IMG/VR virus record: IMGVR_UViG_3300041964_000089 | Length of the DNA stretch: 64,000 nucleotides | Direction: 5' to 3' (one strand) | Origin: an uncultured virus (IMG/VR IMGVR_UViG_3300041964_000089) | Taxonomy: Duplodnaviria; Heunggongvirae; Uroviricota; Caudoviricetes | Part shown: one piece after another, positions 18,699 through 28,213 of the stretch | How positions within the stretch are numbered: position 1 is the stretch's first letter | How the letters are laid out: each line of letters opens with the position of its first letter | Notes under the pieces: model-generated | The model's input: only the letters and a program-made list of their open reading frames with translations | Databases searched by the model: none | Told to the model about the DNA's origin: nothing | Translations under genes and position numbers: made by a program

Positions 18699-19219
18699 TG
18701 CTTACCACCAGTTTTATCATTCCTCCTGTTTTTCCGCCGCTGTTCGCGCTTGTTGTGGCACGGAACGCAGACACACTGGACTTCTAAATGATTGATGGCG
18801 GCGTAGCCCAAATAATGATCGTATTCGTGCAGTCTGTCGCTCCCAATGTGCCCGCAGTCGGTGCAAGGCACAGTTTGAGCATGGGGCAATTTACCTTTAG
18901 TAACTTCCCGGTTTACCCGATTGCGGGCTTGCTGTTTGTCGCCGTCCCTGGGAGAGTGAACGGCAAAACCTCGCGGTTTTCGTTGATCGAGCGGGACGGG
19001 TTTGTAACGTTGGCGGTCTCTAGCCCGACTGCAACTTTTGCACTTGTTGCTTTTACCGTCAATCGCTCCTGAATCTCTGTTGAAAAAAGCAAGCGGTGCC
19101 CAGGTTTTACAAGCTGAGCACCACTTAAAACCCGATTGCCGTTTTTGAAAATACTCTTGGAATGTGCAGCCAATTTTACAAGCGGCCGCTTTTTCACTTC
19201 CTAATTTTGTGTTAGCCAT
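18695..19219 (-). CDS. HNH-like zinc-binding endonuclease
   Basis: CSAC, CKSC, CTDCG...HEYDHY...CVPCH. Confidence 0.65.
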   Translation of the reverse strand: MANTKLGSEKAAACKIGCTFQEYFQKRQSGFKWCSACKTWAPLAFFNRDSGAIDGKSNKCKSCSRARDRQRYKPVPLDQRKPRGFAVHSPRDGDKQQARNRVNREVTKGKLPHAQTVPCTDCGHIGSDRLHEYDHYLGYAAINHLEVQCVCVPCHNKREQRRKNRRNDKTGGKQ

Positions 19220-19226
19220 CTACTTT

Positions 19227-19529
19227 TTACCTCTCATTCAAGGTTTCCTCCATCTGCTGCTGGTGTTTTTGCTCTTGACATACGGTGTGGCTGGTTTTGA
19301 TGAATTTGTGTCTTTCTTCAAAACAATTAACAGAGTGAACAACAATCTCTATGTTTCTGTCTTCACTTTGCTCCGTGAAGTTTGGCTCAAATTCGTACAG
19401 ATAGACCGTTTTATCAGTAACGGATTGCTCGACGTGTGAGACATGAGAAACTTCGTCATCACAAAAAAACATCACATCATCGTTGGGATTGCATCGCTGC
19501 AATATTTTAATTAAAGTTTCAATTTTCAT
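19227..19529 (-). CDS. Hypothetical protein (paralog of 53490-53759)
   Basis: LIKILQRCNP...VYL...IEIV...NCF. Confidence 0.6.
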   Translation of the reverse strand: MKIETLIKILQRCNPNDDVMFFCDDEVSHVSHVEQSVTDKTVYLYEFEPNFTEQSEDRNIEIVVHSVNCFEERHKFIKTSHTVCQEQKHQQQMEETLNER

Positions 19530-19589
19530 TTTTTACCTCTTAAACTTTTCTGCAACGTTTCCACTCCTCAATTGACCGAAATTTCGATG

Positions 19590-19853
19590 TTAACCCGCGA
19601 CATTGGGCGAGCTAGGGTCTATGCCATTAGTTTTTAACACTTTCCTCCATCTCGTTTTTACATCTTCCTCGCAATGCGCCATCGCATCTTCCCAAGTAGG
19701 AGATTTTCTTTGCGGGTGATTGGCAGAAAACAGCATTCGATACTTGAGTGTTGTCGGATTGTGCGGTTCCTCGTCCGGATGCTTCTGACCACAAACTTGG
19801 CAGCGATCAGGAGCTGAAGGAAGAACGTAAAGCGTGCCTTGTTTAATTTCCAC
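19590..19853 (-). CDS. Hypothetical Cys/His protein
   Basis: CQVC..H....PHN...PTWEDAMAHC. Confidence 0.6.
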   Translation of the reverse strand: MEIKQGTLYVLPSAPDRCQVCGQKHPDEEPHNPTTLKYRMLFSANHPQRKSPTWEDAMAHCEEDVKTRWRKVLKTNGIDPSSPNVAG

Positions 19854-20236
19854 TGATTACCTCACTACTAATTAATCACCTACTACCTCAGCCAATCGCA
19901 CTTTGAGCTCGCTAACTCTCGGTGTTCGCCGGAACAACCCTTACTTGGCAAAACTTTGAGGGCTTTTGGCTGTTGTTTTGTTCGCCCGGTCTTGGAGTTG
20001 TTTAGCTTTAATCTGGCGACGGCGTTCCGCGTCGGCTGGGTTAAAGCGACTTTTGAAAGGGCCTTGAATTGAACCTGTAAAATCAGCGCCTTGTTTCATT
20101 TACAACCTCACTACTAATTAAATTTATTGCCCACCGCTTCAGCAGATCGTTGTCGTTGAGGCTGCTAGCTCTCAGGGGTTGGCGGCGGTGTTGATTAACT
20201 TAAGATAGCATAAAACGAACACCAATGTTCGTTTTA

Positions 20237-20614
20237 CTAAATAGCTTCCGCTCCATCCTCAAAATCTTCAGTATCTTTTTTAGGGTTCGTCGCCAAGACC
20301 AAATCATAAAGGTTACAGCGAAGAAGCAAGCACATCTCCAATGTTTCCCTAGGTGTTAACCTAGGCTCAAATTTTCCCTTATTCCACTCCCTAATGCTTT
20401 TGGGGGTGATTTTCCGCTCACTTCCAATTTCACTAAATCGTCTAGTAAGGATATCCGCAAATTCTTTTTGACTAAAACCCGCTCTCTGATAGAGGTTCAT
20501 AAAAGTAAGCTCATCTTTTTCTTCTTTTTTTCTAACCATGCGTGCTATAAACGCACACCGGTGTTCTATACTCATAGTATAGCGCACGTCGGTGTTCGCT
20601 TCCTCAGTAAACAA
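20237..20614 (-). CDS. XRE-family HTH repressor candidate
   Basis: RAGFSQKEFA...SIREWNKGKFEPRLTP; divergent from the replication genes. Confidence 0.7.
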   Translation of the reverse strand: MFTEEANTDVRYTMSIEHRCAFIARMVRKKEEKDELTFMNLYQRAGFSQKEFADILTRRFSEIGSERKITPKSIREWNKGKFEPRLTPRETLEMCLLLRCNLYDLVLATNPKKDTEDFEDGAEAI

Positions 20615-20884
20615 CTGGCAACGGGTTTGAATTTGAGCCTCAGCCCGTCGTTAGTTTTATTTTCTCAGTGATCAGGCTCACTGACACCCTGTGAGCCGCT
20701 ACAGATCGTTGCCTCCAAACACTCTGACAAGTGCCTAGCAAACACTTGTTAGAGGGGCGCGGATTTTACCACAGGAGGTAAAACACTATGTAGAAGCAGG
20801 CAGTTTCGAGAATTTCCATCACATTGCCAGATTCAAATGAGCGATCACCCTGAACGAGTGATCGCTCCTTCCCACTCCTTACAC

Positions 20885-21093
20885 ATGGATAAAACCTACT
20901 AGCACAAACAATCTCCAGGCGATCATCAAATCTTTTGATTGCCATCTCAAAATCTCAGGAAAAACGCAAAAAAGCTCAAGAGGAGTGGAAAAAATACGTA
21001 GCGTTCTTAGAAGCGAACTACGTAGATCCAGAGATTCTCAAAATACAAGCTCTTTACAGCAATATTTGTGATGTCCTGCTAGACGACTTGTGA
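20885..21093 (+). pseudogene. Small gene frameshifted in an A-run just after its start
   Basis: ATG GAT AAA ACC TAC TAG; one extra A opens MDKNLLAQTISRRSSNLLIAI...DVLLDDL*. Confidence 0.4.
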
Positions 21094-21189
21094 TGGACTT
21101 AGCCTGCTGAACTTCGCGCCCATCACTTACAGCAATTTTAGAACTCCAGCGCTTCAAAAATTTAGATAATTTATCGTAAAAGTAGGGCT

Positions 21190-24100
21190 ATGTCATTCAG
21201 TAATTCAACAGCATTGGCTGCACTTATCGCCACTATCTCTCAACTGCCTCCAGAATGGGCGCTCACCCCCTGCGTAGGGAAGAAGAATTTGTGGCCCGCT
21301 TGGAACACTTCCAGGCTCGATCGCAGCGTATTAATAGATGCGATTGCGAACCAACGGAATCATGCAGGTCATCAAACTGCATGGACGGGAGTCAGTCTCA
21401 TCACCGGCCCTATGTCGGGCGGGGTGATGGCGATCGACTTCGACGGGGAAGCTGCGCTGGAAAAATATGAAGCGCTCAGCGGGGGAAATCCGCTTCTCGT
21501 GTCCCGGATGTGGACATCGGGCAAACCCGGACACTTTCAAATTTTGCTGCGAGTGCCACAGGCGCAGTGGCGGGATTTAAAGCCGGTGAAGCTCGAACTT
21601 CGAGACGGACATAAACTGGAATTCCGCTGGAACCAGTGTTCAACACTGCCCCCCAGCATCCACCCGGATACTAAGTCTCCTTATTATTGGGAGAATTGGG
21701 ACGAGAGTTACGACTGGCAAAACTGGGAGGAATTCGTACCGATCGCGCCGGATTGGGCGATCAGCTTGATGCGCGGTTCCCAGCAGCCACCCGCAACAGA
21801 TACCCGAGAACTCAGTCAGATTTTGCTGGATGATATTCTGCCGAGGCTGGACGCCGAAAGTTTTTATAGCGAGCGCGTCAAGCTCAAGAAAGCTGGCAAG
21901 AATCTTGTGGGCTTGTGCCCTTTCCACGACGAAAAAACAGGCAGTTTTACGGTCAGTCCTGACACCAAACTTTTTAAATGTTTTGGCTGCGATGCTGGTG
22001 GAGGGCCCGTACAGTTCTTGCATCAGATTGGTGGCGGTAGCGGGTCACCATCGGGCAAGGCTTTTGTGGAAGTCGTGAGGCAGTTGGGCGATCGGGTTGG
22101 GGTGAAAATTCCCGATCGTGCTGGCGATCGTCCGGCGAATCGGGCCGAATCACCAAAACAGCAGAAACAACCGATTGACAACAATAAAGTATCCCTACAC
22201 TCCGAACCTGTAAATTTGCGGGCAGAAGTCCAGAAAATTTACGACTCTAACCTGACAGGTTCGCGATTGTCTGAGGCAATTTTGAAGCTAGCCAAAAACG
22301 GCAACTCCAAGGAAATTTGGCGGCTTTATTACGAAATTGCCGAGGAAATAGAAACCGAAGAAACTCGTGCCGAGCGATCAACAGAAGTGTTGTCATTGCT
22401 CTCGATCGGCGAACGCCGCTTTGCGCTCAGCAATTGCCTGCATCCATCGCTGGCAGAGCCTATCAATAAAGTTGCTAGCTGGATGGGGGTAGATCCTGAA
22501 TCGGTGCTCACACACTTGCTGCCAATAACAGCAGGTTTAATTGACCCGCATTCGCGAATTATTGCCAAAGAGTGCATCAATTTCGCCGAACCATTTTTAC
22601 TGTACAGCGGGGTTTCCGCCTTGTCGGGCAGTCGCAAAACTCCGCTATTGAATGTTGTAAAAGCCCCACTTGTCGCCTTTCAAGCTTGGGAAGACTTGCG
22701 GCATTCGGAAGCGCTGAAACAGTACGAAGAAGAGTTTCAAGAATTCAAGAAATCTAAAAATAACGACAACCCCCCACCGGAACCGCCCAAACCCCCGCGC
22801 GAGTTTTATGTCGATAACATCACAACGGAATCGATCGACAAAATCAAAGGTCAGCAGCCAGACTGCGGGTTATCTCTAATCAAAGATGAGCTTAGCGGTT
22901 TGTTTGCATCGCATGGCGCTTACAAAGGCGGTAAAGGTTCGGATAAAGAAAGTTTTCTGTCGGGATGGAACGGTGGCGGCATCAAAAAAAATAGGTGCAG
23001 CGACGACAGCCGCGTGAGCCTCTCTCACGATTCCCTCTCAATTACTGGAGGAATTCAGCCCGACAAAATTAGGAGTTTGCTCGGTGATTTTACAGATGCT
23101 CAAGGCGAATGGGCCCGGTTTTTATGGTACCACCAACCGATGCGGCCCTACAAAATCCCCCGCAACAATTGTCGGTACGATTTGGGGGAATTGCTTCAGT
23201 CCATCTACAGAAAAATCTTGGATCTTCCGGTACTAAAATTGCGGTTTGACCGACAGGGCCAGACTTATTTTGACGATTGGCACGACGAAAAAGACGAACA
23301 CAAGCGGCGGGAAACCAAACCGGGCTTGCAAGCGGCGATCGCTAAAATGCCAGGTCAAGCCGTCCGTTTGATTGGCTTGCTCCACGTACTCTGGGAAATT
23401 GCAGAAGGTAACAACGAAGTCCGCGCAACAGTGCCTTTGGAAATTGTGAAAGCGGGTTGCGATTTAGCTGAGTTTTATCTGGGGCAAGTGACCAAACTTC
23501 AAAGCGATGGCGAAGTCCCGGAACCCACACCAATTTTTACAGCGTTACTAGAAAAAACTAAGGAAGTTGGCTCCCTCACCGCCAGCCAAGCCAAAAAAGC
23601 CATTTGGTGTCTGCGGAAAACAACCCCTGATAAAATCCGACAAATTTTTCAGGAGCTAGCTCAAATGGGGCTGGCCTCCATTGAAGGCGCAGGCTGCAAA
23701 CTGAAGCTTGTCAGCAAAGAGTTGAGAGATTTCCTTAAAATGCCCGCAAGTACCGAGAGCCTCCCTCAACCACTTGAAAGCCTTACCAACTCTGAAGAAT
23801 CCGTGCCAGATCGTCCTGCGGTTGATAGATCCGAGGGGATGGGTTTTGATGGTTGCGATCGTGACAACCAACCACAGCCGTTTGAGATTGACCAAGCTGA
23901 ACAATTAGCGGAAATCGAAGGCAATTTTGAAGAAGCCCCCACCTCTCACAACAGCATCTCTCCATCAACAACACCTGCAGAAACCCTTTTACAGCAAGAT
24001 AGCGAGTCGGTTGAGGAATTCTGGTCGAGCGCATCCGTTTTGCCAGAAGTTGAGGAAGAAGACGCGGCGAAGATGCGAGATATAGCCGTGGTGTGGTGGC

Positions 24101-24291
24101 CCGAAATGTACCCCGACGCCTTGCAAAGTCTGGTCGCTCAAATGTTCGGTTGGGGTGCGCCAGCACGTAAATACAGCGCGGTGCAAATAGCTCAGTGGTT
24201 GCAGGGAGAAGATGATTTAGTGAAATATCGAATTGGCGAGCTCATGGCGATCGGACTAGCGGACAGCTATGAAAATGATGAGGAAGAATGA
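21190..24291 (+). CDS. Replication protein: Prim-Pol domain, CHC2 zinc finger and DUF3987-type P-loop domain
   Basis: AIDFDG and STLPPSIHP primase-polymerase motifs; CPFHDEKTGSF...CFGC; SGSRKTP and DELSGLF. Confidence 0.85.
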   Translation: MSFSNSTALAALIATISQLPPEWALTPCVGKKNLWPAWNTSRLDRSVLIDAIANQRNHAGHQTAWTGVSLITGPMSGGVMAIDFDGEAALEKYEALSGGNPLLVSRMWTSGKPGHFQILLRVPQAQWRDLKPVKLELRDGHKLEFRWNQCSTLPPSIHPDTKSPYYWENWDESYDWQNWEEFVPIAPDWAISLMRGSQQPPATDTRELSQILLDDILPRLDAESFYSERVKLKKAGKNLVGLCPFHDEKTGSFTVSPDTKLFKCFGCDAGGGPVQFLHQIGGGSGSPSGKAFVEVVRQLGDRVGVKIPDRAGDRPANRAESPKQQKQPIDNNKVSLHSEPVNLRAEVQKIYDSNLTGSRLSEAILKLAKNGNSKEIWRLYYEIAEEIETEETRAERSTEVLSLLSIGERRFALSNCLHPSLAEPINKVASWMGVDPESVLTHLLPITAGLIDPHSRIIAKECINFAEPFLLYSGVSALSGSRKTPLLNVVKAPLVAFQAWEDLRHSEALKQYEEEFQEFKKSKNNDNPPPEPPKPPREFYVDNITTESIDKIKGQQPDCGLSLIKDELSGLFASHGAYKGGKGSDKESFLSGWNGGGIKKNRCSDDSRVSLSHDSLSITGGIQPDKIRSLLGDFTDAQGEWARFLWYHQPMRPYKIPRNNCRYDLGELLQSIYRKILDLPVLKLRFDRQGQTYFDDWHDEKDEHKRRETKPGLQAAIAKMPGQAVRLIGLLHVLWEIAEGNNEVRATVPLEIVKAGCDLAEFYLGQVTKLQSDGEVPEPTPIFTALLEKTKEVGSLTASQAKKAIWCLRKTTPDKIRQIFQELAQMGLASIEGAGCKLKLVSKELRDFLKMPASTESLPQPLESLTNSEESVPDRPAVDRSEGMGFDGCDRDNQPQPFEIDQAEQLAEIEGNFEEAPTSHNSISPSTTPAETLLQQDSESVEEFWSSASVLPEVEEEDAAKMRDIAVVWWPEMYPDALQSLVAQMFGWGAPARKYSAVQIAQWLQGEDDLVKYRIGELMAIGLADSYENDEEE

Positions 24292-24473
24292 TGCTACCAA
24301 AACTAAATCTTGACTTAACAATTGAACAGCGATTTATGCTGCAAGTTTACCAGAAAGAAATTGCAAACCTTTCGCCAGAGGACTGCCGCAAATTGTTGCT
24401 CGAAATAATCACTCAAAACATGGTGAAAGATAACGTGGTTAAAACTTTATTGAGGTCTGATGCAAGTAAATAA
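24288..24473 (+). CDS. nblA: Phycobilisome degradation adaptor NblA
   Basis: LTIEQRF...ANLSPEDCRKLLLEIITQNMVKDNVVKTLL; about 60 aa; NblA pattern. Confidence 0.8.
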   Translation: MMLPKLNLDLTIEQRFMLQVYQKEIANLSPEDCRKLLLEIITQNMVKDNVVKTLLRSDASK

Positions 24474-24882
24474 TTCAAAACCATCGAATTTAATAAGTCG
24501 CAGCGACAAAGAGCAACTGCGGTGGATTGCATCGATGCCAATAGAAGAGGCTCAAAAATTATTGTTTGCTTACACAGAGGAACCCCCGTTTTCTCCCGGT
24601 CGCAAATACGATCGCGCAACAGTCGAACTTTGGGCTAGATCGGAACCTCCTTGCATGGGCAATCAAATTTTGGAACTTTACCGCTGCCAGTTTGACGACT
24701 GCGAACTGGATTTGGTTGGATTCGTACGCGAGGCGATCGCCAGTGACGATGCCGAGACTGCCAAGCAAATTCAAGAAATCCTCAAGGAAGTTTGCGCCAG
24801 CGGTCATGCCGATCGGCGCAAGGTGTGGAATGCGCTAAGCCAGTCGGAGCAATCTGTATTTAAGGCGTTAATAAAGAGTTAA
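24460..24882 (+). CDS. Hypothetical protein
   Basis: 140-aa ORF in the replication operon. Confidence 0.55.
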   Translation: MQVNNSKPSNLISRSDKEQLRWIASMPIEEAQKLLFAYTEEPPFSPGRKYDRATVELWARSEPPCMGNQILELYRCQFDDCELDLVGFVREAIASDDAETAKQIQEILKEVCASGHADRRKVWNALSQSEQSVFKALIKS

Positions 24883-24888
24883 AACAGT

Positions 24889-25944
24889 ATGAGTATGCGA
24901 TTATTTATTGGCTCCCAAGGCAGTACGCTACCGTCTCGTGACTGCATCCAGAAAAATTTAATGCCTCTGTTCTTTGACCGCCAAACTTCCAGAGAGCCAG
25001 AAAATTTGACAGGCGATCGTTGCTGGACTGTGGCCCACCGCCACAGTTTTAAACCGGGGACTTTTAACAGTGCAGGTGAATTGTTCGCGATCGGAGATTC
25101 GGGAGCTTTCTCTCACTCACCATCACAGCGGTGGTCGTTCGAGCAACATATAGCGAACCTTGGCAAGTGGGAAAAAAATTTTGCGAAATCCCAGGGTTGG
25201 GAACAGTGGAATTTTTCTGCTGTCGCTTCCTACGATCTCTTGATCGACGAGGTATGGGTTGACGGGTCGCGACAAAAACAGCGCTGGTCAGCTTTAGAAG
25301 CAGAACGTGCCGTCAGGGAGACAGTAGCGGCCGCACAGTATTTGAACTCGCAGCGCAAAACTCTGCAACCTCGCATCCTGCTTCTAGGTTGCCAGGGAGT
25401 TAACGCCGCCCAGTACCGACACTGTACGGAAAAAGTGCTAGAAGTTGCAGCACCGGGTGACTGGATCGGTTTTGGCGGCTGGTGCATTCTAGGTCATCTA
25501 AGTTTCAAACACTACTTGTTTGAATTTTTCAAAGTGCTAAACGAATGTGTAGAACTGGTAGCCCGCGCCAAAATCAAGCATATTCACCTGTTTGGAGTAC
25601 GTTACGAACCTGCTGTGGCGGCAATGCAGTGGACTTGCGACTGTTACGGAATTTCTTGTAGCACTGACAGCAGCAGAGTATTGCTGGATTGCGGGGTTGC
25701 CACTCCTAGTGTTCTGAAAAAGTCGGGGGCTAGGAAACCATATTGGCGGGATAATGCCGATTGGTGGAAAGCGCATTTAGCAAGCCTCGATCAATCGCCC
25801 TACTACCAGAAGCCAAGCGAAAACTTGGCGCGGGACGCGCTGCACCGCGATGTTTTCTTGGGAACGGAAGCTAGAAAGTTTTTGCAGGAAAAGTTTAGAA
25901 ATACTGGATCAGCCCAACCACCAGATTGGTTTATGTCGCGATGA
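24889..25944 (+). CDS. TGT/DpdA-like transglycosylase-fold protein
   Basis: DSGAFS, YD, CQG, GFGG, HIHLFG and STDSS motifs in TGT order. Confidence 0.7.
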   Translation: MSMRLFIGSQGSTLPSRDCIQKNLMPLFFDRQTSREPENLTGDRCWTVAHRHSFKPGTFNSAGELFAIGDSGAFSHSPSQRWSFEQHIANLGKWEKNFAKSQGWEQWNFSAVASYDLLIDEVWVDGSRQKQRWSALEAERAVRETVAAAQYLNSQRKTLQPRILLLGCQGVNAAQYRHCTEKVLEVAAPGDWIGFGGWCILGHLSFKHYLFEFFKVLNECVELVARAKIKHIHLFGVRYEPAVAAMQWTCDCYGISCSTDSSRVLLDCGVATPSVLKKSGARKPYWRDNADWWKAHLASLDQSPYYQKPSENLARDALHRDVFLGTEARKFLQEKFRNTGSAQPPDWFMSR

Positions 25945-25992
25945 TAGCAAAAATATACAGTTTGGGCGGATAAATCAAAGGAGACACCAGCA

Positions 25993-26280
25993 ATGACAAT
26001 GAATTTAGAAATTGAACAATTAACCCGCCGCGTCGAAACACTCGAAACAATTATTAGAAACTATGGGTTAATGCAAGAATTTCAACCGCTGAAACTGGCG
26101 GCTGTGGCGCTTAAGCAATCTGAGGCAAAACTTAGAAAAGCTGTGAATGCTGCTAGGTTAAACCCGCGCAGCCATCAAGCTAAAATTGGGGTGCATTTCA
26201 ATTTTAACGGCAACCGAATATTGATTAATGTAGTGGCGTGGGAGAGGGATATTAAAGCAATCCCTCCTGAAAAAGTTTAG
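25993..26280 (+). CDS. Probable excisionase/recombination directionality factor
   Basis: Small basic HTH-like protein convergent on and overlapping the integrase stop. Confidence 0.5.
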   Translation: MTMNLEIEQLTRRVETLETIIRNYGLMQEFQPLKLAAVALKQSEAKLRKAVNAARLNPRSHQAKIGVHFNFNGNRILINVVAWERDIKAIPPEKV

Positions 26281-27347
26281 TGTCGGGTTGCCCGCTTCCA
26301 AGCTTCCTCAAAATCGCGCTTGCTGATATGTTGGTGATATTTGTCAAAATGAATTGTGAGTGAATGCCCCATCCACCGAGCAACAATTGCCGGATCGATT
26401 CCGAGCACAGATCCGCGAACGGCGTAAGCATCGCGCAAGTGGTAAGCGGTCAAATCAATACTTTGTGCCCGCAAACCGGGAGTAATTTTTGCACCAATGT
26501 TTTGGTTGGTTCTGCCTTCAGTTTGCGTGTTTGGTAAAACCCCATCCCAAAGTTGCCATTCCGATCGCCACTTTGGCATCAGCGGCAAAATCAACCGCTC
26601 CTTAGTTTTAGTGTTTGGCAACACTCGCAGCCAGCCTGGTTCGGCGTTTAACTCAGAGCAATCAAGTTTGAAAATTTCGTGAGGTCTAAGGCCGTAAGCG
26701 GCCAGCATTCCAAAAACCCACTGCCAAGCGGGGTTGCCGATCGATTCGCGCATCGCTTCAATTTCCAAATCTGACGGCAAATCCCGCTGAATTTTTGCCC
26801 CGCACCCCGCAGCTAACTCTGAAAATTTATTCTCAATTCCTGCAAATCTGGCGATCGCCCCGTAAGCAAAGCACAATTTTTGCCTGGTGCGGGTTCCCGG
26901 CTGCGATTTTAAAATTTCAGTTTTTAGCAATTCTTCTGTCAGCGGTTTGCTCGGATCGAGCCGATCAAACGCTTCTTGATACGAGGCTTTCCACGTCGAG
27001 ATTTTTGCCAGCGATCGCTCCCGCGACTCCCAATAGTTTTGCTCAAACCGAGCTACCCACTCACCTACAGTCTCCGCAGGTTTGTGCTTCCCTTTGAGCC
27101 AAGGGGTCCAGTCAAACTTTTCTCGGATTAGCTGCCCTTCAATTTCCAGGGCTTTAGCTTTGGCAAATCTTAATCCTTCAGTATGAGCGCCGTACCCGGT
27201 ACTCAATTCGTAGCGTTTGGGCTTGTCCCCGTCGCCCGGTTTTGGCGGCAAAGTCGCTCGCAGATACAGCCGATCGCCTTTCTGTCGGATTTGCACGCGA
27301 TCGAGCGCAGCGTTTGCTTTCCCCAGTGCTTCCCCAAAATTGTGCAT
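26277..27347 (-). CDS. int: Tyrosine integrase
   Basis: YGLRPHE, KTK, YHLRDAYA, MGHS...H..KY; N-terminal arm-binding region LYLRATLPPKPG. Confidence 0.92.
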   Translation of the reverse strand: MHNFGEALGKANAALDRVQIRQKGDRLYLRATLPPKPGDGDKPKRYELSTGYGAHTEGLRFAKAKALEIEGQLIREKFDWTPWLKGKHKPAETVGEWVARFEQNYWESRERSLAKISTWKASYQEAFDRLDPSKPLTEELLKTEILKSQPGTRTRQKLCFAYGAIARFAGIENKFSELAAGCGAKIQRDLPSDLEIEAMRESIGNPAWQWVFGMLAAYGLRPHEIFKLDCSELNAEPGWLRVLPNTKTKERLILPLMPKWRSEWQLWDGVLPNTQTEGRTNQNIGAKITPGLRAQSIDLTAYHLRDAYAVRGSVLGIDPAIVARWMGHSLTIHFDKYHQHISKRDFEEAWKRATRH

Positions 27348-27441
27348 AAGATATATCAAAATAACCAAGATATCTTGGTATATCTTATTCAACGGGTAAA
27401 AGTAAAATTAGTCAAAAACTTGTTGAAAGCCTTACTTAGAA

Positions 27442-27513
27442 CGGAGAGGGAGGGATTTGAACCCTCGAAGGATGTTAACACCCTTAACAGATTAGCAATC
27501 TGCCGCTTTCGAC
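27442..27513 (-). other. attP core: 3' part of tRNA-Ser(GCT)
   Basis: GTCGAAAGCGGCAGATTGCTAATCTGTT...GAGGGTTCAAATCCCTCCCTCTCCG; lacks the 5' acceptor/D strand; directly upstream of int. Confidence 0.85.
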
Positions 27514-27715
27514 TGTGAAGCGCTTAACTGGTAATAGTTTCAGACTTTTGCGATTAAGGCTTCCCCAATTTTGTCTTTTCAATTTTTGTGTAGTTGATCG
27601 CTCCCGGTTTTAAAAACAGCCTTAAGAGTTGTGATCGCTTCAGGGGTGTAGCGACCGTCGTCCAAGAAAAACGATTCGGGAAAGAAAGTCTGCGACTGAG
27701 ATTTGCTCTGGCTTT

Positions 27716-27928
27716 CTTGAATTATGAGGGATAACGGGCGGATGAAATCCGCACGGTTATCCCTCTCCCTGTGGGGGTTTGAGCGATTTGACAATGTAAT
27801 TGTCAAAAGCAGTGGCGGACGCAGTTCGCCAGTCTCCCTTGCATAGCAAGGGTTGCAGTGGATTAACAATGCAATTGTTAAGAACAACGGGCGGACGAAG
27901 TACGCACCGTTATCCCTCATAATTCAAG
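27716..27928 (+). repeat. 213-bp element with 22-bp terminal inverted repeats and six triloop hairpins
   Basis: CTTGAATTATGAGGGATAACGG/CCGTTATCCCTCATAATTCAAG; loops GAA, GTA, GCA, ATA, GCA, GAA. Confidence 0.75.
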
Positions 27929-28141
27929 TATTGTTAACCCTTAATGGTTATTTAGATGAACGATTTTTGTAAATTTTATAGTATTACCAAAAACACTAGG
28001 TTTTTCTGGGGGCTCTACTTTTGTTTCTGTTTCTTCTTCGCAAGGTTTTGGAGTTTGACTGCTTGAAAAGTCACTACCGCCAACCCTTCCGCCAGTTTGT
28101 CGTCGCTCAGAGTTTGTCATTTTTTAATAATTATCAAATAA

Positions 28142-28213
28142 AGTCGGGGGTGGAGTCGAATTACCAGAAAGTCAGTTTATGAGACCGACGAGCAACTGTT
28201 ATTCAACCCTGGC
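28142..28213 (-). pseudogene. Degenerate tRNA with CAT anticodon (Met/Ile2-type)
   Basis: GTCGGT CTCATAA ACTGAC arm and TTCGACT loop; T-stem and acceptor stem mismatched. Confidence 0.5.

Noticed and set aside
20128..20760. Shared CAGATCGTTG motif on both sides of the repressor as an antisense immunity system
   Set aside because: Match is only about 10 nt and in the same orientation; not enough support
27442..27513. Functional tRNA-Ser gene
   Set aside because: The 5' acceptor strand and half of the D arm are missing; treated as attP
27579..27920. 113-aa ORF
   Set aside because: Overlaps the palindromic hairpin element; its repeated peptide only mirrors the DNA repeats
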